A stretch of DNA of 64,000 nt from Candidatus Latescibacterota bacterium (GCA_963422735.1 OY730476.1:736001-800000), one strand, 5' to 3'; shown: positions 15,365 to 25,801, counted from the stretch's first letter. The notes: generated by a model not told the origin, from the letters alone. Numbers and translations: made by a program.

Positions 15365-17707
15365 TTAGAGCGTCCGCTCGGTCTCGACTACAACCAAGGA
15401 CTCGACAATGTCACCTTCTGCGATGTCGTCGAATCCCGCAAACCCCATGCCGCACTCAAAGCCTTCGAGGACCTCTCGCACGTCGTCCTTGAACCGCCGC
15501 AACGAAGTAAGCTCCCCGGTAAAGACGACTTGATCACCGCGCAAAATCCGCACCTGATTGCTGCGGGCAATGGTGCCGTCTTGCACCAAACAACCGCCGA
15601 TCGTCCCCATGCGGGACGAGGTAAAGATCTGACGGATTTCGGCCCGGCCAACCACCTGTTCTTCGGTCGTCGGGGCCAAAAGGCCAGCTAAGGCGGCCCG
15701 CACATCCTCGATGACCTCGTAGATGATTCGGTAGTTGCGAATTTCCACTCCCTCCTGTGCGGCGAGGTCGCGGACAGAAGGTTGGGTATTTACGTGGAAA
15801 CCGAGCAAAATGGCACTAGAGGCCGCCGCCAACAGCACATCCGATTCCGAGATGGCCCCCACTGCGCTGTGAATGACGTTGACCCGCACTTCCTCGTGGG
15901 TTATGCGGCCCAACTCTTCTGCGATGGCCTCGACCGATCCATCAACATCGCCTTTAACTATCACCCGCAGATCTTGGATGTGGCCCTGCTGGATTTGATC
16001 GTGTAAATCGCTGAGCGTGACCGTGTGCAGCTTGCGGTGATCCTGCTCGCGCTTGATGAGCTGCCGCCGCTGGCTCAGTTCCTTGGCTTCGCGCTCGGAA
16101 TTGGCAACGGCGAAAATATCTCCAGCTTGCGGGACCCCGGGCAACCCGAGCACTTGGACGGGTACCGAGGGCTTGGCTTCTTGGACGCGCTGGCCATGCT
16201 CGTCGAGAAGGGCGCGAACCCTGCCGCTATAGACTCCGGTAATAAAAGGCTCGCCGACGCGGAGCGTACCTTCTTGCACCAAGACCGTGGCCACGGGACC
16301 CCGCCCCTTGTCGAGGTGGGCTTCGACGATCGTCCCACGAGCTTTCTTATAAGGGTTGGCCTGCAACTCGAGCAACTCAGCCACAATAAGGAGAATTTCC
16401 AGCAAGTGGTCTATACCCTGTCCAGTCTTGGCAGAAATTTCGGCACAGGGAATCTGTCCTCCCCACTCTTCGACTAAGACCCCTCTTTCTGCCAACTCCC
16501 GCTTGATCTTGTCTGGGTCGGCCGTAGATAAATCTATTTTGTTAATCGCGACGACTAAAGGAACCTGCGCGGCCTTGGCGTGGTCGATCGCTTCAATGGT
16601 TTGCGGCATGACGCTGTCGTCGGCCGCGGCGACCAAGATCACAATGTCGGTTACCCTCGAACCGCGAGCCCGCATCGCCGTAAAGGCCGCATGCCCTGGG
16701 GTGTCGAGGAACGTCACGCCGCGACCGTCTTCCATGTTGATCACGTACGCCCCAATGTGCTGGGTAATGCCTCCAGACTCGCCTTCGGCCACCTTGCTTT
16801 CGCGCAAGTAGTCGAGCAACGAGGTCTTGCCATGATCGACGTGGCCCATGACGGTGATGACCGGCGGACGAGGCTCAGATTCGCCGATTTCTTCCTCCTC
16901 GACGATCTCATCCAACTCGGCTTCTTCAGCCTCCAGCGGGACCACTTCGCAACCCAACTCGTCGGCTAGCATCTGCATGGTGTCCATATCGAGGCGTTGA
17001 TTGATGGTCGCCATGGCACCCATCTGCAGGCACAGGGCGATCACTTCGCTGACCTTGACGCCGAGTTGTTCAGCAAATTCGCCAAGTGTGATAAACTCGC
17101 TGACCTTGATCTGGCGGAACTGGCCGTCTTCTCCGGCATCGTCTTCGCGCGGTCCGCGCTCGTAGCGACGGCGCACCCGGCCTTCGTTGAGTTGACTCAA
17201 GGTCCGCCGTACGCTTTCTTGGACCTCCTTGGCATCTGGCGTTCCTTTGCGCCGCTTCCCCCGCCGACGCTTTGTAGGCACCCCGGACAAGTTGGCTTGA
17301 GCGGTTACTTCCCGCTTTTCGCCCAATCCCTCGCGGGTGCTTTCCAATCCTTCTTGGCCCTTGCCACGGCGGCGGCCGCGACGACGACCTCCCTCGGCCT
17401 TGTCGGGCAGCGGCGCGGTGCGCTCTCCGGTGCTCTTCTTGCGGGTCCCCGGACCCTTTTCGCGGCGCTTTGGCCGAGGCCCATCGGCCTGTTTGCGGCT
17501 ATCCTCTTTGGCCTTCTGCCGCTTTACTTCCTCTATCGAGCTCTTCTTCTCTTCAGCCAGCTTGCGGTTGATGGCCTCCAGCATCTCGGGCGTAACTACG
17601 CTCATATGGCTTCTTACTTCCATATCCATGCCTTTGAGCATAGATATAAGCGCATCGCTGGACAGCTTCTGTTCTTTGGCTACCTGATAAACCCGACGCT
17701 TTTCCAA
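15365..17707 (-). CDS. infB: Translation initiation factor IF-2
   Basis: MGHVDHGKTSLLD, GGITQHIGAY, DTPGHAAF, NKID, SLRRFKDDV. Confidence 0.98.
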   Translation of the reverse strand: MEKRRVYQVAKEQKLSSDALISMLKGMDMEVRSHMSVVTPEMLEAINRKLAEEKKSSIEEVKRQKAKEDSRKQADGPRPKRREKGPGTRKKSTGERTAPLPDKAEGGRRRGRRRGKGQEGLESTREGLGEKREVTAQANLSGVPTKRRRGKRRKGTPDAKEVQESVRRTLSQLNEGRVRRRYERGPREDDAGEDGQFRQIKVSEFITLGEFAEQLGVKVSEVIALCLQMGAMATINQRLDMDTMQMLADELGCEVVPLEAEEAELDEIVEEEEIGESEPRPPVITVMGHVDHGKTSLLDYLRESKVAEGESGGITQHIGAYVINMEDGRGVTFLDTPGHAAFTAMRARGSRVTDIVILVAAADDSVMPQTIEAIDHAKAAQVPLVVAINKIDLSTADPDKIKRELAERGVLVEEWGGQIPCAEISAKTGQGIDHLLEILLIVAELLELQANPYKKARGTIVEAHLDKGRGPVATVLVQEGTLRVGEPFITGVYSGRVRALLDEHGQRVQEAKPSVPVQVLGLPGVPQAGDIFAVANSEREAKELSQRRQLIKREQDHRKLHTVTLSDLHDQIQQGHIQDLRVIVKGDVDGSVEAIAEELGRITHEEVRVNVIHSAVGAISESDVLLAAASSAILLGFHVNTQPSVRDLAAQEGVEIRNYRIIYEVIEDVRAALAGLLAPTTEEQVVGRAEIRQIFTSSRMGTIGGCLVQDGTIARSNQVRILRGDQVVFTGELTSLRRFKDDVREVLEGFECGMGFAGFDDIAEGDIVESLVVVETERTL

Positions 17708-17721
17708 AACTATTCCCTCAG

Positions 17722-19113
17722 CTACTCGGCCCTTTGGTCTGCTTCATCTTCTCCACTCGTCCCCGCAGCGGGCGCGGCGAGCGTTTCTTCCCCTTCTTGC
17801 TCAGCCGCCTCTGCCTCCTCGGCAGCGATCAATGCCTCGATATCGACCTCCCCGCGTTCGGCAAGATACGCTGCTGCTGCCGCCTTTACCCCCTGGGCGG
17901 TTTCGGCCTGTTCTAAGCCTGGCACGGTCTGCAATAGTTCCGAATCGGCCTCGACGACCGAGGCAATAGAGTCGAAACCGGATGTGGTCAAACTCAGGGC
18001 AATCAGTTCGCTAATACCATCTATCTGGCGAAGTACCTGCTGGTACTTCTCCTGCTTGGCACGGCGCTCTTGGTATTGCTCATCGGTGATGATATCGAGA
18101 CCCCAACCTGTGAGTTGGCTAGCTAGTTTGGTATTTTGGCCACCCTTGCCAATGGCCAGCGATAGCTGCTCCTCTTCGACTATCGCGACGGCGTGCCGGC
18201 GGCGCGAATCCGTGATGCAGCGCACCACAGTGGCCGGGCTTAGCGCCCGGCCTATGAATATATCCGGCTCGTCGATCCAAGGAACGATATCTATGCGCTC
18301 GCCGCTCAATTCTCTGACGATGGCTTGGACTCGCGATCCTTTCACCCCGACACAGGCCCCCACTGGATCGACGCGTTCATCGCTGCTGCTGACCGCGATC
18401 TTTGCCCGCTCGCCCGGCTCGCGGGCCACGCCGTGAATATCGACGATGCCCTCGGCGATCTCCGGCACTTCTGTGGCAAAGAGCTTCCTGAGGAATTCGG
18501 GCCGGGTGCGGGAGAGCAAGACCTGAGGCCCCCGGCTCGACTTGAGCACCTCGTATATATAGCCCCGCACGGCATCGCCTTGGCGGTAGCGCTCGCGGCG
18601 GATTTGCTCTTTGTATGGAACAGCCGCCTCGGCCCGACCAAGGTTGAGGATGATGTCGCCATGGCTGATCTGCTGTACGGTACCGGATTCGACGAGGCCG
18701 ACCCGGCCGATGAATTCGTTGTATATTCGCTCGCGCTCGGCTTCGCGGACCCGCTGAATGAGAATTTGTTTTGCGGTCTGTATGGCGTTGCGGCCAAAGT
18801 CGGCGAAATTGAGTTGCTGCACTAGCACGGAGCCTAGCTGGGCATGGGGGTCGATGTCGCGGGCGTCGGCGAGGAGAATCTCCATGGACGGCTCAACGAC
18901 TTCTTCGACGACGGTCTTGCGGGCGTACACGGCCATCTTGCCTTGGGCCGCGTCGATGTCAACTTCGTAGTTCTCGGTATTGCCGTAGTGCCTTTTAGCG
19001 GCTGAAATCAGGGCGTCGGCGAGGGTCTGCACCACCAGTTCCCGGTCGACGTTTTTTTCGCGGGCAATCTGCCCCAAGGCTTCGACAATGTTCGCGTTAT
19101 TCATTTTGCTCAA
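17722..19113 (-). CDS. nusA: Transcription termination factor NusA
   Basis: FGRNAIQTAKQ, AREPGERAKIAV, DPVGACVGVKGSRV, LAIGKGGQN; alternative ATG at 19104. Confidence 0.97.
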   Translation of the reverse strand: MSKMNNANIVEALGQIAREKNVDRELVVQTLADALISAAKRHYGNTENYEVDIDAAQGKMAVYARKTVVEEVVEPSMEILLADARDIDPHAQLGSVLVQQLNFADFGRNAIQTAKQILIQRVREAERERIYNEFIGRVGLVESGTVQQISHGDIILNLGRAEAAVPYKEQIRRERYRQGDAVRGYIYEVLKSSRGPQVLLSRTRPEFLRKLFATEVPEIAEGIVDIHGVAREPGERAKIAVSSSDERVDPVGACVGVKGSRVQAIVRELSGERIDIVPWIDEPDIFIGRALSPATVVRCITDSRRRHAVAIVEEEQLSLAIGKGGQNTKLASQLTGWGLDIITDEQYQERRAKQEKYQQVLRQIDGISELIALSLTTSGFDSIASVVEADSELLQTVPGLEQAETAQGVKAAAAAYLAERGEVDIEALIAAEEAEAAEQEGEETLAAPAAGTSGEDEADQRAE

Positions 19114-19130
19114 CCTTTACTACTTACAAT

Positions 19131-19583
19131 TTACAATTCTGGTTCGATGTTGGCTTTAGCAATATCGGCCCGCGCCACGGACTCGGCTGGGCTTTCGAGC
19201 TGAACCTGGTCGGCTTCCCAAGCGATCAGCCGGCCTTTGACAACTCGGCCGGACGTGAGCACGACTTTAAGCAAACGGCCACGGGCGCGGGTGAAATCCC
19301 CATCGGTCTTTAGGGGCCGGTCCAATCCTGGCGAGGTAACTTCGAGTCGATACCGTCCGGCAATGGGATCTTCTATGTCGAAAAGATCGGCCACTTCGCG
19401 ACTGATCGACTCGCAGGTGGCCAGTGTTATACCACAATTTTTGTGAACCAATAATCTGACTAGTTGACTGCCTTGGGCACCGCTGAGTTCGATATCGACG
19501 AGCTCGGCCTCGTGCTCGTGAATAATGGGTTCGACAAAAGCGGCTATATCGGCCTTTAATGCGAATTTATCTATGGCGGAAAT
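19131..19583 (-). CDS. rimP: Ribosome maturation factor RimP (probable non-canonical ATT or ATA start)
   Basis: YRLEVTSPGLDRPL motif; RimP-like N-terminus (FVEPII...ELVDIEL...LVRLLVH) extends upstream of TTG 19451 to ATT at 19583, giving 150 aa. Confidence 0.88.
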   Translation of the reverse strand: MSAIDKFALKADIAAFVEPIIHEHEAELVDIELSGAQGSQLVRLLVHKNCGITLATCESISREVADLFDIEDPIAGRYRLEVTSPGLDRPLKTDGDFTRARGRLLKVVLTSGRVVKGRLIAWEADQVQLESPAESVARADIAKANIEPEL

Positions 19584-19602
19584 ACGCGCTTTCCCCTTAA
19601 AG

Positions 19603-19627
19603 AAAAAAGTGGGCTATGACGCCCACT
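19603..19627 (-). promoter_or_regulatory. rimP leader hairpin (terminator-like attenuator)
   Basis: Minus strand AGTGGGC-GTCATA-GCCCACT then T-run, just upstream of rimP, matching the widespread rimP-leader motif. Confidence 0.8.
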
Positions 19628-19696
19628 GGGATTATAAAATATGGGATTGTATTGATTTAGGCAAGACGACTTAACAGTCCTAGCCAAATGCCAACG

Positions 19697-20119
19697 CTAG
19701 AGGAGGCGCAAAATTTCGCGCAACTCCTTTTTGGCTTCTTCGATCATTCTGAATGCGGCCTCCCGGTCCTGTGCAGATTTGCGGTTAGTCCGCTCCGGTG
19801 CTGCAGCGGGCCTGCTCTGCTGTTTAGCGCGCAAAACAGGGACTTGTTCCCCAACCTGGCACAGGAGCACGGGTTCGTCTTTGAGCTTCTTCTTTACGCC
19901 CTGCGTCGTGTAGCACTCCTCGTGGAGGAGGCGTTTGAGCAACAAGATGATCCCTATATCGCGCTCCCTATAGGCTCTGTTTTTACCACCGCGCGCACGG
20001 CGCGGCCGCAAACAGGAGAATTCCTTCTCCCATGCCCTAAGCGTATAGGGTTGTAGCTGTGTGAGTTCTGCGACTTCGCTAATGCTGTAATACAGCTTGT
20101 TTTGCAACGGATTCTTCAC
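19697..20119 (-). CDS. MerR-family HTH regulator
   Basis: KLYYSISEVA...LRAWEKEF...RAYRERDI...LLHEECYT. Confidence 0.88.
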   Translation of the reverse strand: MKNPLQNKLYYSISEVAELTQLQPYTLRAWEKEFSCLRPRRARGGKNRAYRERDIGIILLLKRLLHEECYTTQGVKKKLKDEPVLLCQVGEQVPVLRAKQQSRPAAAPERTNRKSAQDREAAFRMIEEAKKELREILRLL

Positions 20120-21471
20120 GATCGCACTTCTCTGTATCCTTTGCGCCGACGCCAGACAATGCGCAAGGGCGTTCCCTCGAAATCAAACTCCGACCTCAGT
20201 CGACTTTCGATGTGGCGTCGATAATTGCCCGGCACGGAGCGAGGCAGATTCGTAAAGATCGTAAACGCTGGCGGATTGATCGCGTGTTGGGTGGCGTAGA
20301 GCAGGCGGATGTCTCGGCCATCTTGAGTCGCCAAGTACTCGCCGGAGAGTTTCTGAATAATCTTGTTCAAGCGCGCAGTGGGAATCCGCGTCCGGCGCTT
20401 GTTGCCCACCACGGCTACCACTTCGAGACACTTGTGAACCCGCCGTCCGGTCAAGCCCGATATGCACAGCACTGGATAGTCGCGCAAAAAGGGATAGCGG
20501 TCGCGTAGCTCGCGGCGGTACTCAGCTGCGGTTTTCTCGGCGACTAAGTCCCATTTATTGATCGCCACCACTAAGCCGCATCCAGATTTTATCACCTGTT
20601 CCATGATGCGGGCGTCCTGCATGACCCATCCCTCGGCACTGTCTAGGAGCACGACCGCCACATCGGCTTGGACGATGCTGTTGGCCGCCCGGCGCGTGCT
20701 GTAGAATTCCACCGGATCATCGACCTTAGATCGCCTCCGCAAACCGGCCGTGTCCACGAACAGCAGGTGGTTATCCTGCCAAACCAAGCGCAGTTGGGTT
20801 GGGTCTCGGGTCGTACCGGGCCGTTCGTGAACGATGGAAACCTGATAGCCTGCGAGGCGGTTGATCAGCGTGGATTTGCCCACATTGGGCCGCCCGACCA
20901 AAGCGACCCGGATCGCCTCTTCATCCCATTCCGGCTCATAAGCCCCAGCCTCGTCGAAGAGCGCAATGAGCGCGTCGAGTAAATCGCCGGATCGCCGCCC
21001 GGTAACGGCTGAAACCGGCAGGGGATCCCCCAAGCCGAGCCGGTAGAATTCGTCGAGCGAAGCGACCGGCCCCACCCCATCAACCTTGTTGACGGCCAGC
21101 AAGCACTTCCCACTCCCACTGCGCAGCATGGCCCCCATCTCTTGGTCGAGATCGGTCACACCCGTGCTCCCATCGCAGAGAAAAATGGCTATATCTGCTT
21201 CTGCCAATGCCTTTGCCGCTTGGGAGCGCACGGCCGCGGTTAGCGCATCTTTGGCTCTGGGCATATAGCCTCCGGTATCGACCAAAGTGAAGGAGCGCCC
21301 TCCCCACTCAGCCGCGGCAAATATCTGATCGCGCGTGACCCCGGGCTGGCCATCGGTTATGGCCCATCGAGTCCCCAAGATGCGATTGAAAAGGGTCGAT
21401 TTGCCCACGTTGGGCCGACCAACAATCGCCACGATGGGTCGGCGATGGCTCTCGACGGTTTGGGTACTCAT
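20116..21471 (-). CDS. der: Ribosome biogenesis GTPase Der
   Basis: Two GRPNVGKS G-domains, DTGG/DTAG, NKVD/NKWD, C-terminal FEGTPL; ATG 21471 overlaps upstream stop. Confidence 0.97.
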   Translation of the reverse strand: MSTQTVESHRRPIVAIVGRPNVGKSTLFNRILGTRWAITDGQPGVTRDQIFAAAEWGGRSFTLVDTGGYMPRAKDALTAAVRSQAAKALAEADIAIFLCDGSTGVTDLDQEMGAMLRSGSGKCLLAVNKVDGVGPVASLDEFYRLGLGDPLPVSAVTGRRSGDLLDALIALFDEAGAYEPEWDEEAIRVALVGRPNVGKSTLINRLAGYQVSIVHERPGTTRDPTQLRLVWQDNHLLFVDTAGLRRRSKVDDPVEFYSTRRAANSIVQADVAVVLLDSAEGWVMQDARIMEQVIKSGCGLVVAINKWDLVAEKTAAEYRRELRDRYPFLRDYPVLCISGLTGRRVHKCLEVVAVVGNKRRTRIPTARLNKIIQKLSGEYLATQDGRDIRLLYATQHAINPPAFTIFTNLPRSVPGNYRRHIESRLRSEFDFEGTPLRIVWRRRKGYREVRS

Positions 21472-22826
21472 TTTTCGCGCCCTATGTAATAACCCAGCTC
21501 GGTTAGCTGCCGCCCTTCCCCCTGTACTTTCACATGCTGATCGGTCCAAAAGCGCTCAAACGATCCGACTAAGTCGTACCCCCCTACCGCAAGGGGGACG
21601 CCGACCTTTTCCGCGAGTTGGAGCACGGTCATGTCGTCTAGCGTCAAGCCCTCGCCATTGACGCAATTGGGCGGCAGCAAGACCAAATCTCGCTGGATTC
21701 CATCGCGCACTCTCGCCGCTATATCGCGGCCGGTTAACAGGCCCGATACAGTGATGCCGCGGCCGAAAAAGTCGTTATCTACCGGCAGGAGATCGACCTG
21801 TACGTTCTCGATAGCATTCAGCCTAGCCACTAGGGGCACGAGGATTGGCTCGGCCAAGCGCCCGGTCAGCAGGCCGACCCGCACGGCCTCGGCAGTGCGC
21901 CCGGGCAGCCTCTTTTTGGCCTCGTCCCAAGTGTCGAGGAAGGAGCGGACCATGCCGATGCCGTTTTCTAGCTGGGGAAACGCATCGTAATACGGTGCCT
22001 CTGGCAGAGGCCGGCCCGTCAGCAGAAAGATCTCGTCAGCCGCATAGACGAACCGCTCGCCAAAGCGAGCTTTGAATTGCAAACCCCACGCTTCGGCTGC
22101 GGCCGCGTACTCAGCGGCCCTAGCCGGGGTCACCGGATCGAGTTGGACGAGCTTGTGCCGATGATCGGTCAGCCCCACGGGCACGAGTGCCACCGAGCGG
22201 ACCGCGGGATAGTAAGTGGATAAATCGGCCACCGTGCGCTCTAGGTGCGGCCCGTCGTTCCAGCCCGGGCAGAGCACAACCTGGGTGTGCATTTCAATGC
22301 CGTTGGCAGCTAGTTTGCGCAAGCGCTCGTTGATATCGACGGTCGCTTTCGTGCGGCCGAGCATGACTTGCCTCAGCTCGGGGTCGGTGGCGTGGACTGA
22401 GATGTATTGCGGTGTTAGCCCTTGTTCAATGATGCGGTCGATATCGCTTTCGCGGACATTGGTCAGGGTTACGTACGAGCCGTGGAGAAAGGAGAGCCGA
22501 AAATCGTCGTCCTCAAAATACAGGCTGCGCCGCATGCCCTTGGGCATTTGGTGGATAAAGCAGAAGACGCATTTGTTGTTGCAGCTACGCAAGCGCATAT
22601 CCTCGAAGACGAGCCCTAGGGACTCGCCGCTCCGACGCTCAATCTCGGCCTCGTACAGGTCTTTGCCGCGCTCGATTTCTACGCAGATCACTTCCTCGGC
22701 GCTGTTGACCTGAACGTCGATCAAATCGCGCACTTCTTCGCCATTGATGCGCAAAATGCGATCGCCAATGCAAAATCCCGCACGCGCGCCGAGGCTGTCG
22801 GGTTCAATCTGTTTTACGACGACCAT
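21468..22826 (-). CDS. PDZ + radical SAM/DUF512 Fe-S protein
   Basis: N-terminal PDZ, CNNKCVFC cluster motif, DDDFRLSFLHG, QLENGIG, TVSGLLTGRD; commonly adjacent to der. Confidence 0.9.
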   Translation of the reverse strand: MVVVKQIEPDSLGARAGFCIGDRILRINGEEVRDLIDVQVNSAEEVICVEIERGKDLYEAEIERRSGESLGLVFEDMRLRSCNNKCVFCFIHQMPKGMRRSLYFEDDDFRLSFLHGSYVTLTNVRESDIDRIIEQGLTPQYISVHATDPELRQVMLGRTKATVDINERLRKLAANGIEMHTQVVLCPGWNDGPHLERTVADLSTYYPAVRSVALVPVGLTDHRHKLVQLDPVTPARAAEYAAAAEAWGLQFKARFGERFVYAADEIFLLTGRPLPEAPYYDAFPQLENGIGMVRSFLDTWDEAKKRLPGRTAEAVRVGLLTGRLAEPILVPLVARLNAIENVQVDLLPVDNDFFGRGITVSGLLTGRDIAARVRDGIQRDLVLLPPNCVNGEGLTLDDMTVLQLAEKVGVPLAVGGYDLVGSFERFWTDQHVKVQGEGRQLTELGYYIGREK

Positions 22827-22921
22827 AGCGAACTAAGCAATTAATCTACGTATCGTAATGTGGGGCAAGATGTTCTATCGGTAAAGGTATATGGATATTC
22901 CGCCGACGGCAATACCTTGGG

Positions 22922-22961
22922 AAAAATAAAAAATCCGCCTGACCGAGTTGGCCAGGCGGAT
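22922..22961 (-). terminator. Intrinsic terminator after tRNA-Gly
   Basis: ATCCGCCTG/CAGGCGGAT stem followed on minus strand by a T-rich run. Confidence 0.75.
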
Positions 22962-22963
22962 GA

Positions 22964-23038
22964 TGGAGCGGGAGACGGGAATCGAACCCGCGACATCAAG
23001 CTTGGGAAGCTTGCGCTCTACCCCTGAGCTACTCCCGC
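22964..23038 (-). tRNA. tRNA-Gly(CCC)
   Basis: GCGGGAGTAGCTCAGGGGTAGAGC...CAAGC-TTCCCAA-GCTTG...GGTTCGATTCC...CTCCCGCTCCA; 75 nt with CCA. Confidence 0.97.
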
Positions 23039-23078
23039 TAATTTTGTGGCCCTAAGGTAGGAGAGGCCCCAACCGCTG

Positions 23079-24029
23079 TCAACCCGGATCGCTCCCCCAT
23101 CTGTACTCCCACTCGCCGACGATGCGCTGGACGACACCGGCCTTTCCCCATACGTCGAGGTCTAATTCGCGCAAGCGGCGGTCGCGGCGGCACCACGTCA
23201 CTTGTCGTTTGGCCAAGTGACGGGTGCGCCGTTTGGTCCGCTCAACGGCCTCCTTCCAAGGGCAATGCCCTGCCAGCGCACTGCATATTTCGAGATAGCC
23301 CAACGTCCCCAAGGCACTGGCACCTGGATCGTATCCCATTTCGCGCAAGGCGCGGACTTCCTCGACCCATCCCCGCTCTATCATTTGCTCGACCCGCTGG
23401 TCGATCCGATCGTAGAGTCGACTGCGCGCCATGGTCAGGCTGATCGTTTGCGGCTGCCGCGCAAACGGCTGCCCCTTGCGCTCTCGCCATAGCTCGCTGA
23501 GGGTGCTCTTCCCACCTATGGCTACCTCCAAGGCCCGGAGGATCCGCTGCGTGTCTCCCGGCTGCAAACGCGCTTGCGCGATCGGATCCCGACAGCCCAA
23601 CTCATCGTATAGGGATGCAAGCCCTTCGCAATGCAGGCGATTTTTCAATTCAGCGCGGATCGGCGCGTATTCGGTCTCGTCCTCAAAACATCCGTCCAAT
23701 GCACTCTGCCAGTACAGGCCCGTTCCTCCAACCACTATGGGAAGGCCCCCTCTGTTCCAGATCTGCCCAATGATGTGCCTTGCAGCTCGAGCATACGCTC
23801 CCGCGCTATAGTTTTCCTCGGGACCGAGCACATCGAGCAAGTGATGGGTGCATTGGCTTTGCTGCTCAGCGGTTGGCTTGGCCGTGCCGATGTCCATGTA
23901 GCGGTAGATTTGCCGCGAGTCTGCCGAGATGATTTCCACTTTGGGCAAGTGCCGGGCCGCTTTGAGGGCTATTTCCGTTTTGCCGGTGGCCGTGGGGCCG
24001 GTGATCAGGATGAGAGGTTTGTTTAACAT
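23079..24029 (-). CDS. miaA: tRNA dimethylallyltransferase
   Basis: GPTATGKT, ISADSRQIY, DIGTAKP, VGGTGLY, AKRQVTW. Confidence 0.96.
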   Translation of the reverse strand: MLNKPLILITGPTATGKTEIALKAARHLPKVEIISADSRQIYRYMDIGTAKPTAEQQSQCTHHLLDVLGPEENYSAGAYARAARHIIGQIWNRGGLPIVVGGTGLYWQSALDGCFEDETEYAPIRAELKNRLHCEGLASLYDELGCRDPIAQARLQPGDTQRILRALEVAIGGKSTLSELWRERKGQPFARQPQTISLTMARSRLYDRIDQRVEQMIERGWVEEVRALREMGYDPGASALGTLGYLEICSALAGHCPWKEAVERTKRRTRHLAKRQVTWCRRDRRLRELDLDVWGKAGVVQRIVGEWEYRWGSDPG

Positions 24030-24109
24030 ATTTTTAAATATAAATACAATTGAGGACCGTGGCGGTTTCTCTCTTTAATTCGGGGCAAAAGCGTCCCCTC
24101 GTGATGAGT

Positions 24110-25801
24110 TCACGGGGCCGAAGATATGCCATATTCTTCTTTTTTTAACAAGGCCGGCTCCACGACGATCGTTTTCTCGCGGCGCAACAGCGCCTGGCCG
24201 GGCGCACCTCCACGTGGCTTAGTGACGTGTTTTACCAAAGCGTACGCCACGGAGACCTTTTTCGCCGTTTTGCCCTTGCTCCAATACGCGGCTAAAGCTG
24301 CGGCCTCTTCAATAGTCTGCTTACTGGGGGCTTCTTTGCGGCCTTCGCTCCGCAGGACGACGTGCGATCCCGGGTACCCTTGGGCGTGAAACCACAGATC
24401 GTTTTGGGCGGATATTTTATGCGTCAGCACATCGTTCTCCTTGTTGTTGCGCCCAGCCCACACCGACCACCCGGTAGATGTCCTATAGCGCCGGGGATGG
24501 GCCTGGGGATGCTTGCTTGCCGTTTTGGCCGTTTTGTCGGCACTTATCATCTTACTCTCCAACCAGTTTTGCAGCGCGGCGTTGGCTTCCCAAGTACCGG
24601 CATCCACCGCGCCAATCCAATGCTCGTATTGGGTGCACTGATGCCTGAGCTGGGCCAGGAGCTGCGGCAGGACTTGTTGACGGCGTTCGTATTTTTTCGC
24701 GGCCTTTAGATAGGATGCGGCGTTTTTCGCCAAGCTGCGGTTTGCATCCAAGTCAATTCGCAGGATCGAGTACTCCTCTGAATCAAAGGGGTCGGCCAGT
24801 TCTACTTGCGTGGGTCGACCGGATAGCTGCCCTATGTTGGCCCATAGCGTGTGGCCCTTTCGCTTGTACTCCTCGGCGCGTGCAGCCTCGTCGAGTTCGA
24901 CTTGTATGGCGGCCAAACGCCGCCGGGCATTTTTCAGGGCTTGCCCCAGCCGCTTGCGAATTTGTTGCTGGGTCTGCTGTGCCTGGCGCTGTACCCGCTC
25001 TTTTTGGCACGCCGCCCATATCCCTCGGCTGACCGCGTCAAACTGCTCGTAGGCCCCTTGCAAACGGCGCGGTTCAAGGGCGGAAAAATGAAATCGGCCC
25101 GCCTCTTGCCACACGTAGCTCTGGCCGGCCACCGCGCCGGTGTACGCCTCCGTGGCCGCGCTCCACAAGGCTGTGGCCAGCCCGCCTTCCCCCTGCTGAC
25201 TGCGGAAGATCAATTCGCGCACCACCGAGGCGTCCGCTCCGGCCAGCCAGCGCCTCGCTGCCTTTTCCAAGGCCGCATCCGCGCTCGCCAGCCGGTCGCG
25301 CCACGCGCTGGGCACATCCGTGCCGGGCAGCAGTCGGCCCGACGGCTCGGGCGGCTGGTACGGCTCACCCAAGGGGGATCTGTCCTTGGCCGTGCCCCAG
25401 TAGCCCAAAATCGCGCCATCGGCTTGGCGATGGAGAACAAACCGCACCTTGTTGGGAATGAGCTCGCACACCAAGACGCCAAAGCTCGAGCGGCCGCCAC
25501 GGTCTCGGCGCTCTAGGCGCAAGCGCAAGAGGCGCTCGCGGTGCTCGGCTTCGACGGCTACAACCCGCGCTCGCACTAGGTACTTTTCCGGGCCATCGCT
25601 CGCTCGCCAAGGCCGTGGCCAAGCCTCCCGCCGCAGGCAGAGCAAACCCTCCCGGCCGCTCGCGCCGTACAGCCAATCACCTTCGTCAACTGAAAAGGCG
25701 AGTTCCGTAGGCTGGGCATAGGCCCGCTCGATGACCGCCCCCTGCAGAAACGCCTGTAACTCCTGCGCGAGGGCCTGAATGGTGAAGTAGTCAAACGCCA
25801 T
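24110..25801 (-). CDS. NFACT / RqcH (FbpA-like) ribosome quality control protein
   Basis: NFACT-N region, coiled coil, NFACT-R domain 'GRNNKEND.LT...DLWFHAQGYPGSHV...AAALAAYWSK'. Confidence 0.88.
   Translation of the reverse strand: MAFDYFTIQALAQELQAFLQGAVIERAYAQPTELAFSVDEGDWLYGASGREGLLCLRREAWPRPWRASDGPEKYLVRARVVAVEAEHRERLLRLRLERRDRGGRSSFGVLVCELIPNKVRFVLHRQADGAILGYWGTAKDRSPLGEPYQPPEPSGRLLPGTDVPSAWRDRLASADAALEKAARRWLAGADASVVRELIFRSQQGEGGLATALWSAATEAYTGAVAGQSYVWQEAGRFHFSALEPRRLQGAYEQFDAVSRGIWAACQKERVQRQAQQTQQQIRKRLGQALKNARRRLAAIQVELDEAARAEEYKRKGHTLWANIGQLSGRPTQVELADPFDSEEYSILRIDLDANRSLAKNAASYLKAAKKYERRQQVLPQLLAQLRHQCTQYEHWIGAVDAGTWEANAALQNWLESKMISADKTAKTASKHPQAHPRRYRTSTGWSVWAGRNNKENDVLTHKISAQNDLWFHAQGYPGSHVVLRSEGRKEAPSKQTIEEAAALAAYWSKGKTAKKVSVAYALVKHVTKPRGGAPGQALLRREKTIVVEPALLKKEEYGISSAP

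Noticed and set aside
16997-18436. 479-aa + strand ORF and other long antisense ORFs (e.g. 10989-11789, 11943-12713, 35364-36218)
   Set aside because: Shadow frames opposite conserved genes in GC-rich DNA, with no recognisable motifs.
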